Shown: positions 27,902 through 37,658 of the stretch, piece by piece
How positions within the stretch are numbered: the first letter of the stretch is position 1
Layout: every line of letters begins with the position of its first letter
DNA from: an uncultured archaeon
Lineage (GTDB): Archaea > Thermoproteota > Nitrososphaeria > Nitrososphaerales > Gagatemarchaeaceae
Assembly: GCA_963817525.1 (NCBI GenBank)
Contig: CAWFOU010000008.1
Span: forward strand, 32,001 to 96,000
Length of the DNA stretch: 64,000 bases
Reading direction: 5' to 3'
Translations under genes and position numbers: made by a program
The notes under the pieces: generated by a model
Database searches by the model: none
Told to the model about the DNA's origin: nothing
Seen by the model: the letters and a program-made list of their open reading frames with translations, nothing else

Positions 27902-28135
27902 TTATCGGCCGCATTCGCCGAGGTATCCGCCGTCCGCCTTCCTCACGAGCCCGTGCACCACCAGCCTCCGGACGATCCTGGACACTATCTCCTGGTGGAG
28001 GGAGGTGGCCTCCTTGAGCCTGCCGAACGAGACCGGCTCACTAGAACTGCAGATCACGTTGCAGACCGTGGACTCGCGATCCGTGAGCTGGACGCAGTCC
28101 GCCTTCATGCAATCGTCGACGCAGCAGGCCATCAT
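27902..28135 (-). CDS. Small winged-HTH protein with N-terminal Cys cluster
   Basis: MMACCVDDC..ADC...LKEATSLHQEIVSRIVRRLVVHGLV wHTH; upstream of aqp-arsC. Confidence 0.6.
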   Translation of the reverse strand: MMACCVDDCMKADCVQLTDRESTVCNVICSSSEPVSFGRLKEATSLHQEIVSRIVRRLVVHGLVRKADGGYLGECGR

Positions 28136-28218
28136 GTGCGATTAACGGATGGTCTCTTCGACCTATTTATTGACTGCCCAAAGGTTGCCGTTCTTATAGT
28201 CCGTCAGGCTATCGGCAT

Positions 28219-29403
28219 ATGGCCGAAGATAAAGGCGGCGCGGACTCGGTAAGGCTCACCTGGCCTCCGCTGGAAGAAGACCTGAGGAGGCTCTACGTTG
28301 TGGAGAAACTTTCCGCTTCGAAGATCGCAAAGGCGTATGGACTTCAGTATGCTAGCGAAAAGACCGCGGAGTCGACGATCCTCCACCATCTCAAGAAAAA
28401 CGGGATAGCCAGACGAGACGCGGCAGCGCACATCAGGAAGGTTACCCAGAAGATGGCGGACGAGTGGGTCGTCAGGTATCAGAAGGGCGAGTCGCTGAAA
28501 CAGATTGCGGGGGATGCGGTCGACGCGGTCACGGTCTTCAACCATCTCCACAAGCGGGGCCTAAGCCTCAGGGACAAGGTCGAGGCGCAGATCAAGGCCG
28601 TAACGATTCACGACAAGAAGCCGTTCCAAGGGAGTCCGGCGGATCGGGCGTATCTCGCAGGAATCACGAGGGGAGATTTCTGGGCGGGACGACACGGACG
28701 TGCAGTTCGAGTTAGGCTAGGCACAACTCATCCGGACATGGCCGCCCTGTTTCGTCTGCTATTTGGGTGGCACGGTCCGATTTACGAATATCCAAAGCCC
28801 GCCGCGCTAACGGAATACGAATGGATACTAGATTGCGATCTTGACTCAAGTTTTGAGTTTCTGATACAATCCAAGGCTGACGTATCCGAGATCATTCGCA
28901 GTTCTGACCTATTCATGAGCTTCCTCGCGGGCTTCTTCGACGCCGAGGGCACGGTCTACTTCCACAAGAAACGTAGCGGCGGTGCGTTTGAACTGGCCAT
29001 GGCAAATACGGACGAAGGACTCCTCCGCGACATTAGAGACGAACTGGCGCGACGTGGATTCGCGGTCAAGCTCGAGCGAACTAAACAATATCGAGCCGAA
29101 GCCGTCAGGCGCGGAATAAAGAACCCCGGCGAGTTCATTTGGCGGATATTAGTTTGGCGATTTGAGGACGTTCGCAGGTTGATGACGGCGATGCCAATTA
29201 GACACGCGGAGAGGACGGCCAAGTTTGCGATTGCGCTCAAGCTCGGCTACAGACCAAGGCACGAGGATCGTGAGAGAGTATTGATTGAATGGAGGTCCCT
29301 AAGGACCTCGATTAGAACTAGCCGCGACGCCTACGTCGCCCAAGCGAAGGCAATTTGCAGCTCCAAAGAACGAAGTAAGTTTAAAACATACTCAGTTCAG
29401 TAA
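28219..29403 (+). mobile_element. Free-standing LAGLIDADG homing endonuclease with N-terminal HTH repeats
   Basis: YLAGITRGD and FLAGFFDAEG motifs, N-terminal LSASKIAKAYG and ESLKQIA HTH-like segments; no intein termini; AT-richer 3' half. Confidence 0.8.
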
Positions 29404-29422
29404 ATAGAGTCTGAAACAAGCT

Positions 29423-30544
29423 CTAATGGTCTGCCTCGACCGGCCAATAATTCAATCCCCAGTACACTGGTGGGATGTCTGCGACGTGTATCCCCCTGAG
29501 CAGGTGGGGCATCACCCGCATGTTTTTGAAGCTCGGGACGCCGAGCTTGAGCCTGTAGGGCCGGGGGCTCCCATCGCTGACGATGAAGTAGCTCATCTCG
29601 CCGTGCGCGGCCTCCGTCCTCGCGTAGACCTCGCCTGGGGGGACGCGCGGCGCGGGGCCGAGCTTGAGCCTGACAGGGCCCGGCGGGATGTTCTTGAAGG
29701 CCTGCCTGAGGATCTTGACCGATTCCCTCATCTCGTGGAGGGCGACGTAGGCCCTCGCCCAGCAGTCGCCCTCGTTCTGCGAGGCGACCGAGAAGTCGAA
29801 CTCGGGGTAGGCGCCGTAGGGCTCGGCCCTCCTGATGTCGTGCGCCACCCCTGACGCCCTCAGGACGGTGCCCGTCGCGCCAAGCCTGATGGCGTCCTCC
29901 TTGGTCAGCACGCCGACGCCCTTCGACCTCTCCTCCCAGAGGGGGTTCTTGAAGAATATCTTCTCGTACTCGTCCATCCTCTTCTCGAACCAGTCGAGCG
30001 TCTCGAATGCCTGGGTCGTGAGGCCCTCGGGCATGTCGTTCCTCACCCCCCCGGGTATGATGTACGCGAAGGTGACCCGGGCGCCCCCGATCCTGGCTGC
30101 GATGTCGATGAAGAGGTCCCTGTCTCCCATGCACCATGTGATCATGGTGGTCTGCCCCACGAAGAGGCCGAGGATGCCCAGGTAGTACTCGTGGGAGATT
30201 ATCCTGTTGAGCTCCGCCATTATGACCCGGAGGTACTCGGCCCTGGGCGGGATCTTGTTGTTCATGAGCTGGTCGACCGCGAGGGAGTAGGCGAAGAGTA
30301 TCCCGGAGCTGTCGAGGATGACTGGCCTCTCGAGGTGGGGGACGTTCTGGATGTAGTTCCTGTACTCGCACATCTTCTCCTCGCCCCTGTGCACGTAGCC
30401 GGGGTCGGGGTCCGCCCTGACCACATAGTCCCCGTCGAGCCAAAGGCGGATGCGAAAGTGGCCGGCCCCCGGGTGCTGTGGCCCGAGCGAGACGGCCATG
30501 ATCTTGTCCGAGTCCGGCGAGTACTCGAAGGCTGCGGATGCCAT
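29423..30544 (-). CDS. nuoD: NADH-quinone oxidoreductase subunit D
   Basis: LGPQHPGAGH, GYVHRGEEK, ELNRIISH, PGGVRND, EAAHGE. Confidence 0.95.
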   Translation of the reverse strand: MASAAFEYSPDSDKIMAVSLGPQHPGAGHFRIRLWLDGDYVVRADPDPGYVHRGEEKMCEYRNYIQNVPHLERPVILDSSGILFAYSLAVDQLMNNKIPPRAEYLRVIMAELNRIISHEYYLGILGLFVGQTTMITWCMGDRDLFIDIAARIGGARVTFAYIIPGGVRNDMPEGLTTQAFETLDWFEKRMDEYEKIFFKNPLWEERSKGVGVLTKEDAIRLGATGTVLRASGVAHDIRRAEPYGAYPEFDFSVASQNEGDCWARAYVALHEMRESVKILRQAFKNIPPGPVRLKLGPAPRVPPGEVYARTEAAHGEMSYFIVSDGSPRPYRLKLGVPSFKNMRVMPHLLRGIHVADIPPVYWGLNYWPVEADH

Positions 30545-30547
30545 TGC

Positions 30548-31138
30548 CTATCGCCCCGGCGAGACGTAGTCCTTCCTCAGCGGCGGGATGTCGTTCCAGT
30601 CCTCGGGGAGGAGCAGGCGCCTCAGGTCTGGGTGCCCCTCGAAGACTATCCCCAGCATCTCGAAGGTCTCCCTCTCGTGGTACTCGGCGCCGGTCCAGAC
30701 GCCGACGAGCGACGGGGCCTTTGGGGAGTCCTCCCTGGGCAGCCGCTCCGCGAGCTGGACGACCAGGTCCTGCTGCCCGGGGACCGAGAGAGAGCCCACG
30801 AAGTAGATGACCTCGAACTCCTTCAGCGCGATGTAGTCCGTCCCGCCCACCACGTTGAGGTGGTCGAACCCCAGCCCGTCCCGCACGTAGATGGCGACGT
30901 CCTTGATCTGGGCGGGAGAGGCGGTGACCTTCACCCTGTGCGGCTTGACATAGTCCACCTTCGTGGATGGGAACTTCGCGACTATCTTGTCGGCGAGCGA
31001 CTTGGTCCTGGACGTGTCAGGAGGAGCGGGGGCGGGCGCTGGAGCCGCAGGGGGAGCCGGGGCTGGGGCGGCGGCGGGAGGCTGAGGGGGAGCGGGGGGC
31101 GGGGCGCTGGCGTTCTGGGCGGGTTGGGCTGGTTGCAC
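30548..31138 (-). CDS. nuoC: NADH-quinone oxidoreductase subunit C (Pro/Ala-rich N-terminus)
   Basis: AEYHERETFEMLGIVFEGHPDLRRLLLPEDW..PPLRKDY. Confidence 0.95.
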   Translation of the reverse strand: MQPAQPAQNASAPPPAPPQPPAAAPAPAPPAAPAPAPAPPDTSRTKSLADKIVAKFPSTKVDYVKPHRVKVTASPAQIKDVAIYVRDGLGFDHLNVVGGTDYIALKEFEVIYFVGSLSVPGQQDLVVQLAERLPREDSPKAPSLVGVWTGAEYHERETFEMLGIVFEGHPDLRRLLLPEDWNDIPPLRKDYVSPGR

Positions 31139-31174
31139 TCACAATTCCTCTCGTTCGTTGGGACGCGGGTCTCT

Positions 31175-34063
31175 CTACGTCCCGCGCAGGCTGTTCGAGT
31201 GCCTGATCTTCTCTTGGAGGAGGCCGACGCCCTGCATGAGCGCCTCTGCGCGCGGCGGGCACCCGGGCACGTAGACGTCCACTGGGATGATGTCGTCGAT
31301 CCCCCTGAGGACGTTGTATGAATCGAAATACAGGCCGCCGGTGATGGAGCAGTTGTGGACGAGCTGCCCGTTTGCGAAGAAGTTGTGGTACCCCGCGACC
31401 TCGATGTCGTAGACGGCATCGCTCCCTCTCGGAATGACAGAGGTGACGCGCTGCAGGCTGATTCCCGCATGGTTTGTCCTGAGCATTCCTTTGCCTTCGA
31501 ATGATCGCGAACCCGTTTTTACCCTGGTTCGATAGTCGGACCGGTATAGAGGCAATTTAGCAATCACCGACATGGGGAAACTTATGATGTATTCAGTGGT
31601 CTTCAATTGTCTTCCCTCGAGGCAATTCTCCTTTTCCTTCACGAAGACTCCCCCGACATGTATACCTCGATAGTGACATAGCTGGACGACATCCATCATC
31701 AAGTCCTTGTTCGCCGAGGAGAGTTGCCCGAAACCCTCCTTCTGTACGTAGCCATCCGACTCAATCAATCCAGCCAAGAAACTGAGAACGGAAGATATGG
31801 GCAACGTGTAGACCCAGGATGGGATTCTCTTGGTGTGGACGTCTCCCACGAGTCCGAGCGATTCGAACATCCCTGCGACGGTGCTTGACCAAATCATTAC
31901 CTGCCTGCCCTCGTGAGGTTTGAATCCGAAGAGTTCAGTGACGAGCCTCACCAGCTTGTCCCTGGAGAGGTCTCCTTTCATCAAGGAGAATCCTACGCAG
32001 TACTTGTTCTTCCAGCCGTCGCCAAGATAGAGCCCTGCCAACCACGCAAGGCCGTCATCGACGGTCTCAGGAATTCTGGCTTGCTTTCGAACTGCTCCTC
32101 GGTGCTGATAGTTGATTCTAGCTGGCGCCCCTCCGGGAAATTCCGAATAGGTGACCAGTAAGTCTTCTTCGCAAAGTTCCAGAGCGTTTTTCCAGACCAA
32201 ATCGAGTCCGTACTTCGATGGCGGATGGCTCCTCCAATATGACAGAGTTTTGCTGCCGACACCTAGTAGATCCGAGACGTCGTTGAGGGGGAACCCCTCG
32301 TCTATCATGGCCAGGAGGGACTTGTACGCGACCCATTTTCTTGACAACGTCCGCTCGTAGACCGCAAATGGATGGTCCTCGGTTGCCACGGATTCGTAGG
32401 AGCCGGCACGCACGCGGAAGACTGGTCTGACTCCTTGATCCTTTCTCGCAATTACGGGAGCCTCAACCACTCGCTTTTGCTCCTCATCGTACGAGTAGAC
32501 TGTTTCGCCTGGCCCGACTTCGTCCATGCGTCGCAGGCCACCGGGCGTGTAGACCATGGAATCACCCCGTTCGCACGCACCCATAGCGATCACCCACTTC
32601 GGTTCGGGCATCTGGTCGTAGATCAGCTTGAGCCTAGGGGCGAGCTTGCGCGTCACGGTGCCCATCACTATGATGAGGTCGCACTGCCTGAGGGAGCCGA
32701 AGGCCTCCAGGATCCCGAAGCGCTCGGCGTCGAACCTTGAGCCGGCGACGGCCCCGACCTCGACAGAGCAGTTGTGGACTACGGCGTTCGAGACGAGGTA
32801 GGTGTTGTCTCCGGTTTCCAGATTGTGGACGGGGCCAGAGTAGTCCACCCGTTCCACCTTTCTGATCGGGACTACGATAAACTCGGGAGTCATCCGGAAA
32901 TCCGAAACCTTCCTCTCGGAGGTCAGGGTCGAAATGGTGTAGGAATCATGCGTCATCACATCTCGGCCTAGAATCTTGGAAGCGCCTCCGTTTGCCTTTC
33001 TGTTTATCCTGGCGAAAGTACCGAACCTCGCATAAGCAAGCTGGAGTTGGAGAGCCAGCGTCTTCGATGTGGTATCAGCTTTGGCGAACTCAGGGCCTCT
33101 CTTGTCGGTGATCTCGGCTCCGTCGCCCTGGAGGTAGCCCTGAAGGAATGACCTGAGCAGATCGAGGTCCTTGTGGTACAGGATAAAGTCGGGAATCTTC
33201 TTGTTCTCGGCGAGGTGTCCGCACCATTCATGGAACGCGCGGGCCAGGATGGCCGAGGAGAATCTCACCACGGTTGCCGTGTCCCGTCTCTTCACTTGAG
33301 GGGAATATCCCAATGACTTTGCGATCTCGAAAATCCGGGATCTCAGGTTCACTTCGTCGTGGCTCAGAGAGAAGGAGATGTCGTGCCCTACCGTGTCCCA
33401 TCCTTCGGCGACGAAGATTCCTAAGAGCCAAGCGGTGTCCGTATTGAGGGGGAACTCCAGAGGAGGTTTTTCTCCTCGCCCACGGACTATATTCAGTCCT
33501 CGGCTTGTGGCATAGGACGCTAGTGGGATGGATCGGGAATCGACGAACCCCTTGGGCCGGGGAATCAGCAGGCAGTCGTGAGAGCCCTTTGGGTAGAGGA
33601 ACTTGCCATTCTTCTTCATTGGCTGGGAAGCCACGAGGTCTCCGGCCTTCTTCCATACCTTCTCCGAGAGATAGGCGCCCTTCCCGTAGGAGAGCTGCCT
33701 GCCTACCGTGAGGACGGGATGCTCTGGAGTCGCGAGTATCGGGAGCATCCCGCGGCCCGAAATTTTGACTAGTTCCCCCCGATACTGCCTAGAGAACGTA
33801 TCGACTACGTCCACGAGCCCTGTCATGCCCGTGACCTTGTCTTTGACTGCGTACTGCGAGATCGGCTTGTTGTCTCCCAGGACTATGGTGTCTGGTGGGA
33901 CGCAACACGCCGTCTCCAGGTGGACGGGCCAGAGGCTGTAGAGCCTCCCCCAGTTGGCCATGTAGCGGAGGGGGGCCCCGATGGTGTCTTGGAGGAAGTC
34001 GTTGACCCTTCCCACGAGGACGTTGACCTCCCCGGTCTTCGGGACCTGCGCGGACTCTACCAT
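31175..34063 (-). CDS. nuoB: NADH-quinone oxidoreductase subunit B precursor containing two inteins
   Basis: ATG 34063 overlapping the nuoA stop; spliced product 176 aa with [11 protein letters not shown]|CSVE, VIAMGA|CSITGG and VPGCPP. Confidence 0.94.
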   Translation of the reverse strand: MVESAQVPKTGEVNVLVGRVNDFLQDTIGAPLRYMANWGRLYSLWPVHLETACCVPPDTIVLGDNKPISQYAVKDKVTGMTGLVDVVDTFSRQYRGELVKISGRGMLPILATPEHPVLTVGRQLSYGKGAYLSEKVWKKAGDLVASQPMKKNGKFLYPKGSHDCLLIPRPKGFVDSRSIPLASYATSRGLNIVRGRGEKPPLEFPLNTDTAWLLGIFVAEGWDTVGHDISFSLSHDEVNLRSRIFEIAKSLGYSPQVKRRDTATVVRFSSAILARAFHEWCGHLAENKKIPDFILYHKDLDLLRSFLQGYLQGDGAEITDKRGPEFAKADTTSKTLALQLQLAYARFGTFARINRKANGGASKILGRDVMTHDSYTISTLTSERKVSDFRMTPEFIVVPIRKVERVDYSGPVHNLETGDNTYLVSNAVVHNCSVEVGAVAGSRFDAERFGILEAFGSLRQCDLIIVMGTVTRKLAPRLKLIYDQMPEPKWVIAMGACERGDSMVYTPGGLRRMDEVGPGETVYSYDEEQKRVVEAPVIARKDQGVRPVFRVRAGSYESVATEDHPFAVYERTLSRKWVAYKSLLAMIDEGFPLNDVSDLLGVGSKTLSYWRSHPPSKYGLDLVWKNALELCEEDLLVTYSEFPGGAPARINYQHRGAVRKQARIPETVDDGLAWLAGLYLGDGWKNKYCVGFSLMKGDLSRDKLVRLVTELFGFKPHEGRQVMIWSSTVAGMFESLGLVGDVHTKRIPSWVYTLPISSVLSFLAGLIESDGYVQKEGFGQLSSANKDLMMDVVQLCHYRGIHVGGVFVKEKENCLEGRQLKTTEYIISFPMSVIAKLPLYRSDYRTRVKTGSRSFEGKGMLRTNHAGISLQRVTSVIPRGSDAVYDIEVAGYHNFFANGQLVHNCSITGGLYFDSYNVLRGIDDIIPVDVYVPGCPPRAEALMQGVGLLQEKIRHSNSLRGT
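31352..32575 (-). mobile_element. Intein 2 in nuoB (408 aa, LAGLIDADG)
   Basis: Starts [50 protein letters not shown] then +1 Cys. Confidence 0.94.
32771..33904 (-). mobile_element. Intein 1 in nuoB (378 aa, LAGLIDADG)
   Basis: Starts [44 protein letters not shown] then +1 Cys. Confidence 0.94.
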
Positions 34064-34428
34064 ATCTCTCGCTTCCCCGCCAGGTGCACGGTGAGGCCCA
34101 TGGGTATCAGGAGGGCGCCGACGAACACGAGCATCATCCAGCTTGAGAGCTGCCCCAGGGCGAGCGGCTGGTAGGCCACCGCCCAGGCGAAGAGGAACAT
34201 CGCCATGACGTCGAAGACGACGAACAGCAGGAGATAGGCGTAGTACTGCATCATGAAGTGCATCTTCCCCCGTCCTCGGGGGACTTGGCCGGCCTCGAAG
34301 GTCTCGTTCTTTATCGGGTTGGGGCTCTTGGGGGCGAGGATCCTCGGGACGATGAGCATTATGCCGGTGAAGAGGATGCCCACGCCGCCCATAACGAAGA
34401 CGGCCGCAACGTTCCCAAAGATCGCCAA
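34057..34428 (-). CDS. nuoA: NADH-quinone oxidoreductase subunit A
   Basis: [31 protein letters not shown]. Confidence 0.93.
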   Translation of the reverse strand: MAIFGNVAAVFVMGGVGILFTGIMLIVPRILAPKSPNPIKNETFEAGQVPRGRGKMHFMMQYYAYLLLFVVFDVMAMFLFAWAVAYQPLALGQLSSWMMLVFVGALLIPMGLTVHLAGKREIW

Positions 34429-34949
34429 CCTTGGAACTCTCTAGAAGATTTGGAAAGCCGTCGAGCATATTTAAGGCTTGGCGGGCTTGGCTCTGGTAAC
34501 TCTTCGGCGCATGGGCGATTCTATACCTCTCCAAGATATTTGGGATGTGTCAAGTTGCTCTGCGCGCGGGGAGAAGCTCCGCACACCCGAAAGGGGGATG
34601 CCGAGCACAGGACTTACGGTCGGATGGAGAGGGACGTGAATTCACCCCCTCGGACTATCCAGGCGGGGGCGGTCAAGGTTCGACCGTTCCCGTCCCTTGT
34701 CGTAGGACGCTACCGTTTCTACACTGGGGAAGAAGGGCTGGCAGGTGAGGCAATGAAGGGGAACGGGACGACTACCCTAACCCTTCGAGTCGACGCCAGC
34801 AAGGCGACTAGTCGGCATGAGCCGAGGAGTTGCCAGAACCTCGGGGTCGACGGCAGGTCGCGGAGCCCTCGCTCGTCGCTCTTGCCTTTAACCCCGAAAC
34901 GCGGCGAAGCGAAACACATTTAGTGACGGTCCGCTCGGCTTGAAGGAGC

Positions 34950-36167
34950 ATGCGCATTGCGATAGTCGGGTGCGGCGTGGCGGGATCTTACCTGCTCAAC
35001 AGGATACCTCCGGAGCATCAGGTCGAGGCTTTCGAGATGCGCGAGAAAGACAAGTGGTGGGCCGTGTGCGCCTGGGGGACCAGCGCACCCTTCATCTCCG
35101 ACCTCGTCAAGCAGGCGGGGCTGAACTTCGAGGACTACATCCTGTTCAGGGGCAAGAGGATGATAGTCGACCCCGGGAACGGGCACGACACTTTCGACAT
35201 CAAGCTCAACGGCCTCGTGACCTTCGACAAGACGAGGCTCTTTGGTGACATGAAGAAGGGGAAGAACATCCACTGGGGAGCCCACCCCAAGGACGTCAAC
35301 GAGCTGAAGGGCTTCGACATGGTCATCGACGCGACGGGCTTCCACAGGTCGATCCTCGGCAAGCTCGAGCACGACGCGGCGATCCCCTGCTTCGAGGTCG
35401 AGGTCGAGGGCAAGTTCCCCTGGGACGACTTTTACATCAAGCCCTACCCCGGCCTGAGCGGCTACTTCTGGTACTTCCCTCTGGGAGAGGGGAGGGGGCA
35501 CATCGGGGCGGGCGACTTCAAGGCGCAATACAGGGGGGAGATCGAGGCGATGGTCAAGAAGTACGACTGGAAGGTCGTTAGGAGGATCGGGAGGCCGGTG
35601 AGGATCCTCGCCCCGAAGTACATGGGGCCGTTCTACACGGAGCCCAAGTGCCTCGCCTGCGGCAACACGATCAACCAGAAGAAGTTCTTGAAGAGCATCA
35701 AGGAAGGCGCGGCCCAGTCGGCAACCGCGAACTTGAGCTCGAGCGGCCAGGCGACCGCCTTCGCAGGGAGAGGAATCTCCGGAGCGAGCGGAGCCCCACC
35801 CACCAACGGGCACGGCTCGTGCGCGTGCTCGAGCCCCAGGCCGGACGGGCCTTTGGTGGTCGGGGTCGGCGAGAGCATAGGCAGCGTCTACCCGCTCCTG
35901 GGCGAGGGGATAATCCCCAGCATGCAGTGCGTCAACCTCTTCGTCGACCACATGGACGACATGGACGCCTACTCAAAGGCGGTCCTGAAGCACTTTGACA
36001 TCTACGCCAAGGTGTACAACTTCATCAAGGCGAAGATGGACGGGAACTTCTCCATGCTCAGCCAGTTCCCCGACCTCGCCGCGATATATTGGCACATGAG
36101 GAGCAACGAGAGGAGGTATGGCCTCGAGACCCACCTCAGAGACATCCTCAAGGTCGTCAACGTCTAA
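34950..36167 (+). CDS. FAD-dependent oxidoreductase, geranylgeranyl reductase-like
   Basis: IAIVGCGVAG, VIDATG, GYFWYFP, VGESIG..PLLGEGI; internal insertion with CxxC. Confidence 0.75.
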   Translation: MRIAIVGCGVAGSYLLNRIPPEHQVEAFEMREKDKWWAVCAWGTSAPFISDLVKQAGLNFEDYILFRGKRMIVDPGNGHDTFDIKLNGLVTFDKTRLFGDMKKGKNIHWGAHPKDVNELKGFDMVIDATGFHRSILGKLEHDAAIPCFEVEVEGKFPWDDFYIKPYPGLSGYFWYFPLGEGRGHIGAGDFKAQYRGEIEAMVKKYDWKVVRRIGRPVRILAPKYMGPFYTEPKCLACGNTINQKKFLKSIKEGAAQSATANLSSSGQATAFAGRGISGASGAPPTNGHGSCACSSPRPDGPLVVGVGESIGSVYPLLGEGIIPSMQCVNLFVDHMDDMDAYSKAVLKHFDIYAKVYNFIKAKMDGNFSMLSQFPDLAAIYWHMRSNERRYGLETHLRDILKVVNV

Positions 36168-36186
36168 CCATAGAAGCGCCGCGGGG

Positions 36187-36609
36187 GTGCGCGCCCACTC
36201 CGCCGTCCACGTGCTCAAGGGCGCGGTCTCCAACGTGCTCGGCCCCAGGAAGTTCACGTTCGGGGAGGAGGGCGTCTTGAAGTTCCGCTCCGACGCCGAG
36301 CTCGGGCCCCAGGAGGTCGGGAAGATAGAGGCCGCGGCGAACAGGAAGATAGCGGAGGACGCGGAGGTGTCGGAGTTCAGCATGGAGAGGCAGGAGGCCG
36401 AGGGGCACTTCGGCTCCGGGATCTATGACCTCGCCCCCGCGCCGGAGACGGAGACGCTCCTCAGGATGGTGAGGATCCCCGACTGGGACGCGGGCTACTG
36501 CCTCCAGGCGCACGTCGAGAGCACGGGCTCCATAGGGGCGATAAGGGTGGACGGAGCGAGGTTCGACGAGGCGCGGAAGGAGGTGGAGCTCAGGTTCCAC
36601 CTTCTGTGA
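36187..36609 (+). CDS. alaXS: Alanyl-tRNA editing protein AlaX-S
   Basis: VRAHSAVHVLKGAV (HxxxH) and CLQAH (CxxxH) Zn ligands, IYDL.P, ends ELRFHLL as in archaeal AlaX-S; start GTG 36187 uncertain. Confidence 0.8.
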   Translation: MRAHSAVHVLKGAVSNVLGPRKFTFGEEGVLKFRSDAELGPQEVGKIEAAANRKIAEDAEVSEFSMERQEAEGHFGSGIYDLAPAPETETLLRMVRIPDWDAGYCLQAHVESTGSIGAIRVDGARFDEARKEVELRFHLL

Positions 36610-36665
36610 ACGGCCGCCCGGCGATAGCAAAACAGTATAATGGTGCTCAGAAGGCCCTTGGATTT

Positions 36666-36743
36666 GGGCCCGTAGCTCAGTATGGACAGAGCGAACGCCT
36701 CCTAAGCGTTAGGCCGAGGGTTCAAATCCCACCGGGCCCGCCA
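36666..36743 (+). tRNA. tRNA-Arg(CCT), CCA encoded
   Basis: Acceptor GGGCCCG/CGGGCCC, anticodon stem AACGC/GCGTT with loop CT-CCT-AA, T-loop TTCAAAT; one A.A mismatch in the T-stem (GAGGG/CCCAC). Confidence 0.95.
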
Positions 36744-37046
36744 AAGCTCAATTTAGACTCCGTTTCACCCAAATCCCCGTGACGATGGGCGTGTTCACCT
36801 CATATGCCTCAATTACGGGGTCTTTTGAATAATGCTCCAAGAAGCGTTTGTACTGATTGAACCTGCATGGAAGAATACGGTGGGCCCAGACTAAGATTGA
36901 TGCAGGCCGGAAGGGGTTTCATAGAAACCTAGCGTATCCTATCGAATTCAGTCACTCGAGTTTCAATAGGTACCGCGAGCCTATTTCCTTCGGCTCCGAT
37001 TGCCAAGCGGAGTTCACTCTAGGCGACTTGGCGTGGGCCGAAGTTC

Positions 37047-37649
37047 TCATCGAGGTTGCCTCTCCGTCTTACCTTTCGCCCATACGTATCTGAAGCTCAC
37101 GACGAAGTACAGGGGCATCGTTACGGCGATTGCGATCAGGTTCGAAATCGCGTAAGGGATAAGCAGGTCGGTCGTGGCAAGATAGAGAATCCCCAGATGC
37201 AAAGCGACGCCTGCCAGACCAAGGATGGTAGACTTTGCGAATCTCCCCGCTCTGCCACCTGATTGCCTGTCCCTGAATGTCCTGGAGTCGTTAAGAAGGA
37301 ACTTGGCGCCATGAACGGTAACGAGCGCTGTCGCGCTGGAGTAGAGGTAGTAAAGGCCGGCTGAGGTTAGGGCAACCAGCAACACCTCGTTGATGATGAA
37401 CCCGACCAACTCCGTGCGCATGTACATCCTGAAGCGAAGTCCATTTCCTACAGAGCCCGCTTGAAGGACCGAACCCGTCCGGGCGGTGGTGCGTGCCGGG
37501 GACGGCCCGCCCTGTTCGGGAGAGGGAACTGGTGGCTTCGGACTTCTCGCCGAGCGTTGGGTCCGCAGTCTCTGAGCAAACGCCCAGTATGCGACCCTCC
37601 CGACGAGGAGCGCCGCGGCCACCACGGCGATTATCTCGAAGGACAACAT
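37047..37649 (-). CDS. GtrA-like membrane protein
   Basis: C-terminal hydrophobic helices ending ISNLIAIAV..YFVVSFRYVW typical of GtrA. Confidence 0.55.
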   Translation of the reverse strand: MLSFEIIAVVAAALLVGRVAYWAFAQRLRTQRSARSPKPPVPSPEQGGPSPARTTARTGSVLQAGSVGNGLRFRMYMRTELVGFIINEVLLVALTSAGLYYLYSSATALVTVHGAKFLLNDSRTFRDRQSGGRAGRFAKSTILGLAGVALHLGILYLATTDLLIPYAISNLIAIAVTMPLYFVVSFRYVWAKGKTERQPR

Positions 37650-37658
37650 CTAGGCTCC

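Noticed and set aside
31020-31135. G-rich low-complexity tract as a repeat element
   Set aside because: Explained by the Pro/Ala-rich N-terminal extension of NuoC.
34064-34534. N-terminal 157 aa of the 1119-aa ORF as part of NuoB
   Set aside because: Out-of-frame overlap with nuoA; NuoB homology begins at ATG 34063.
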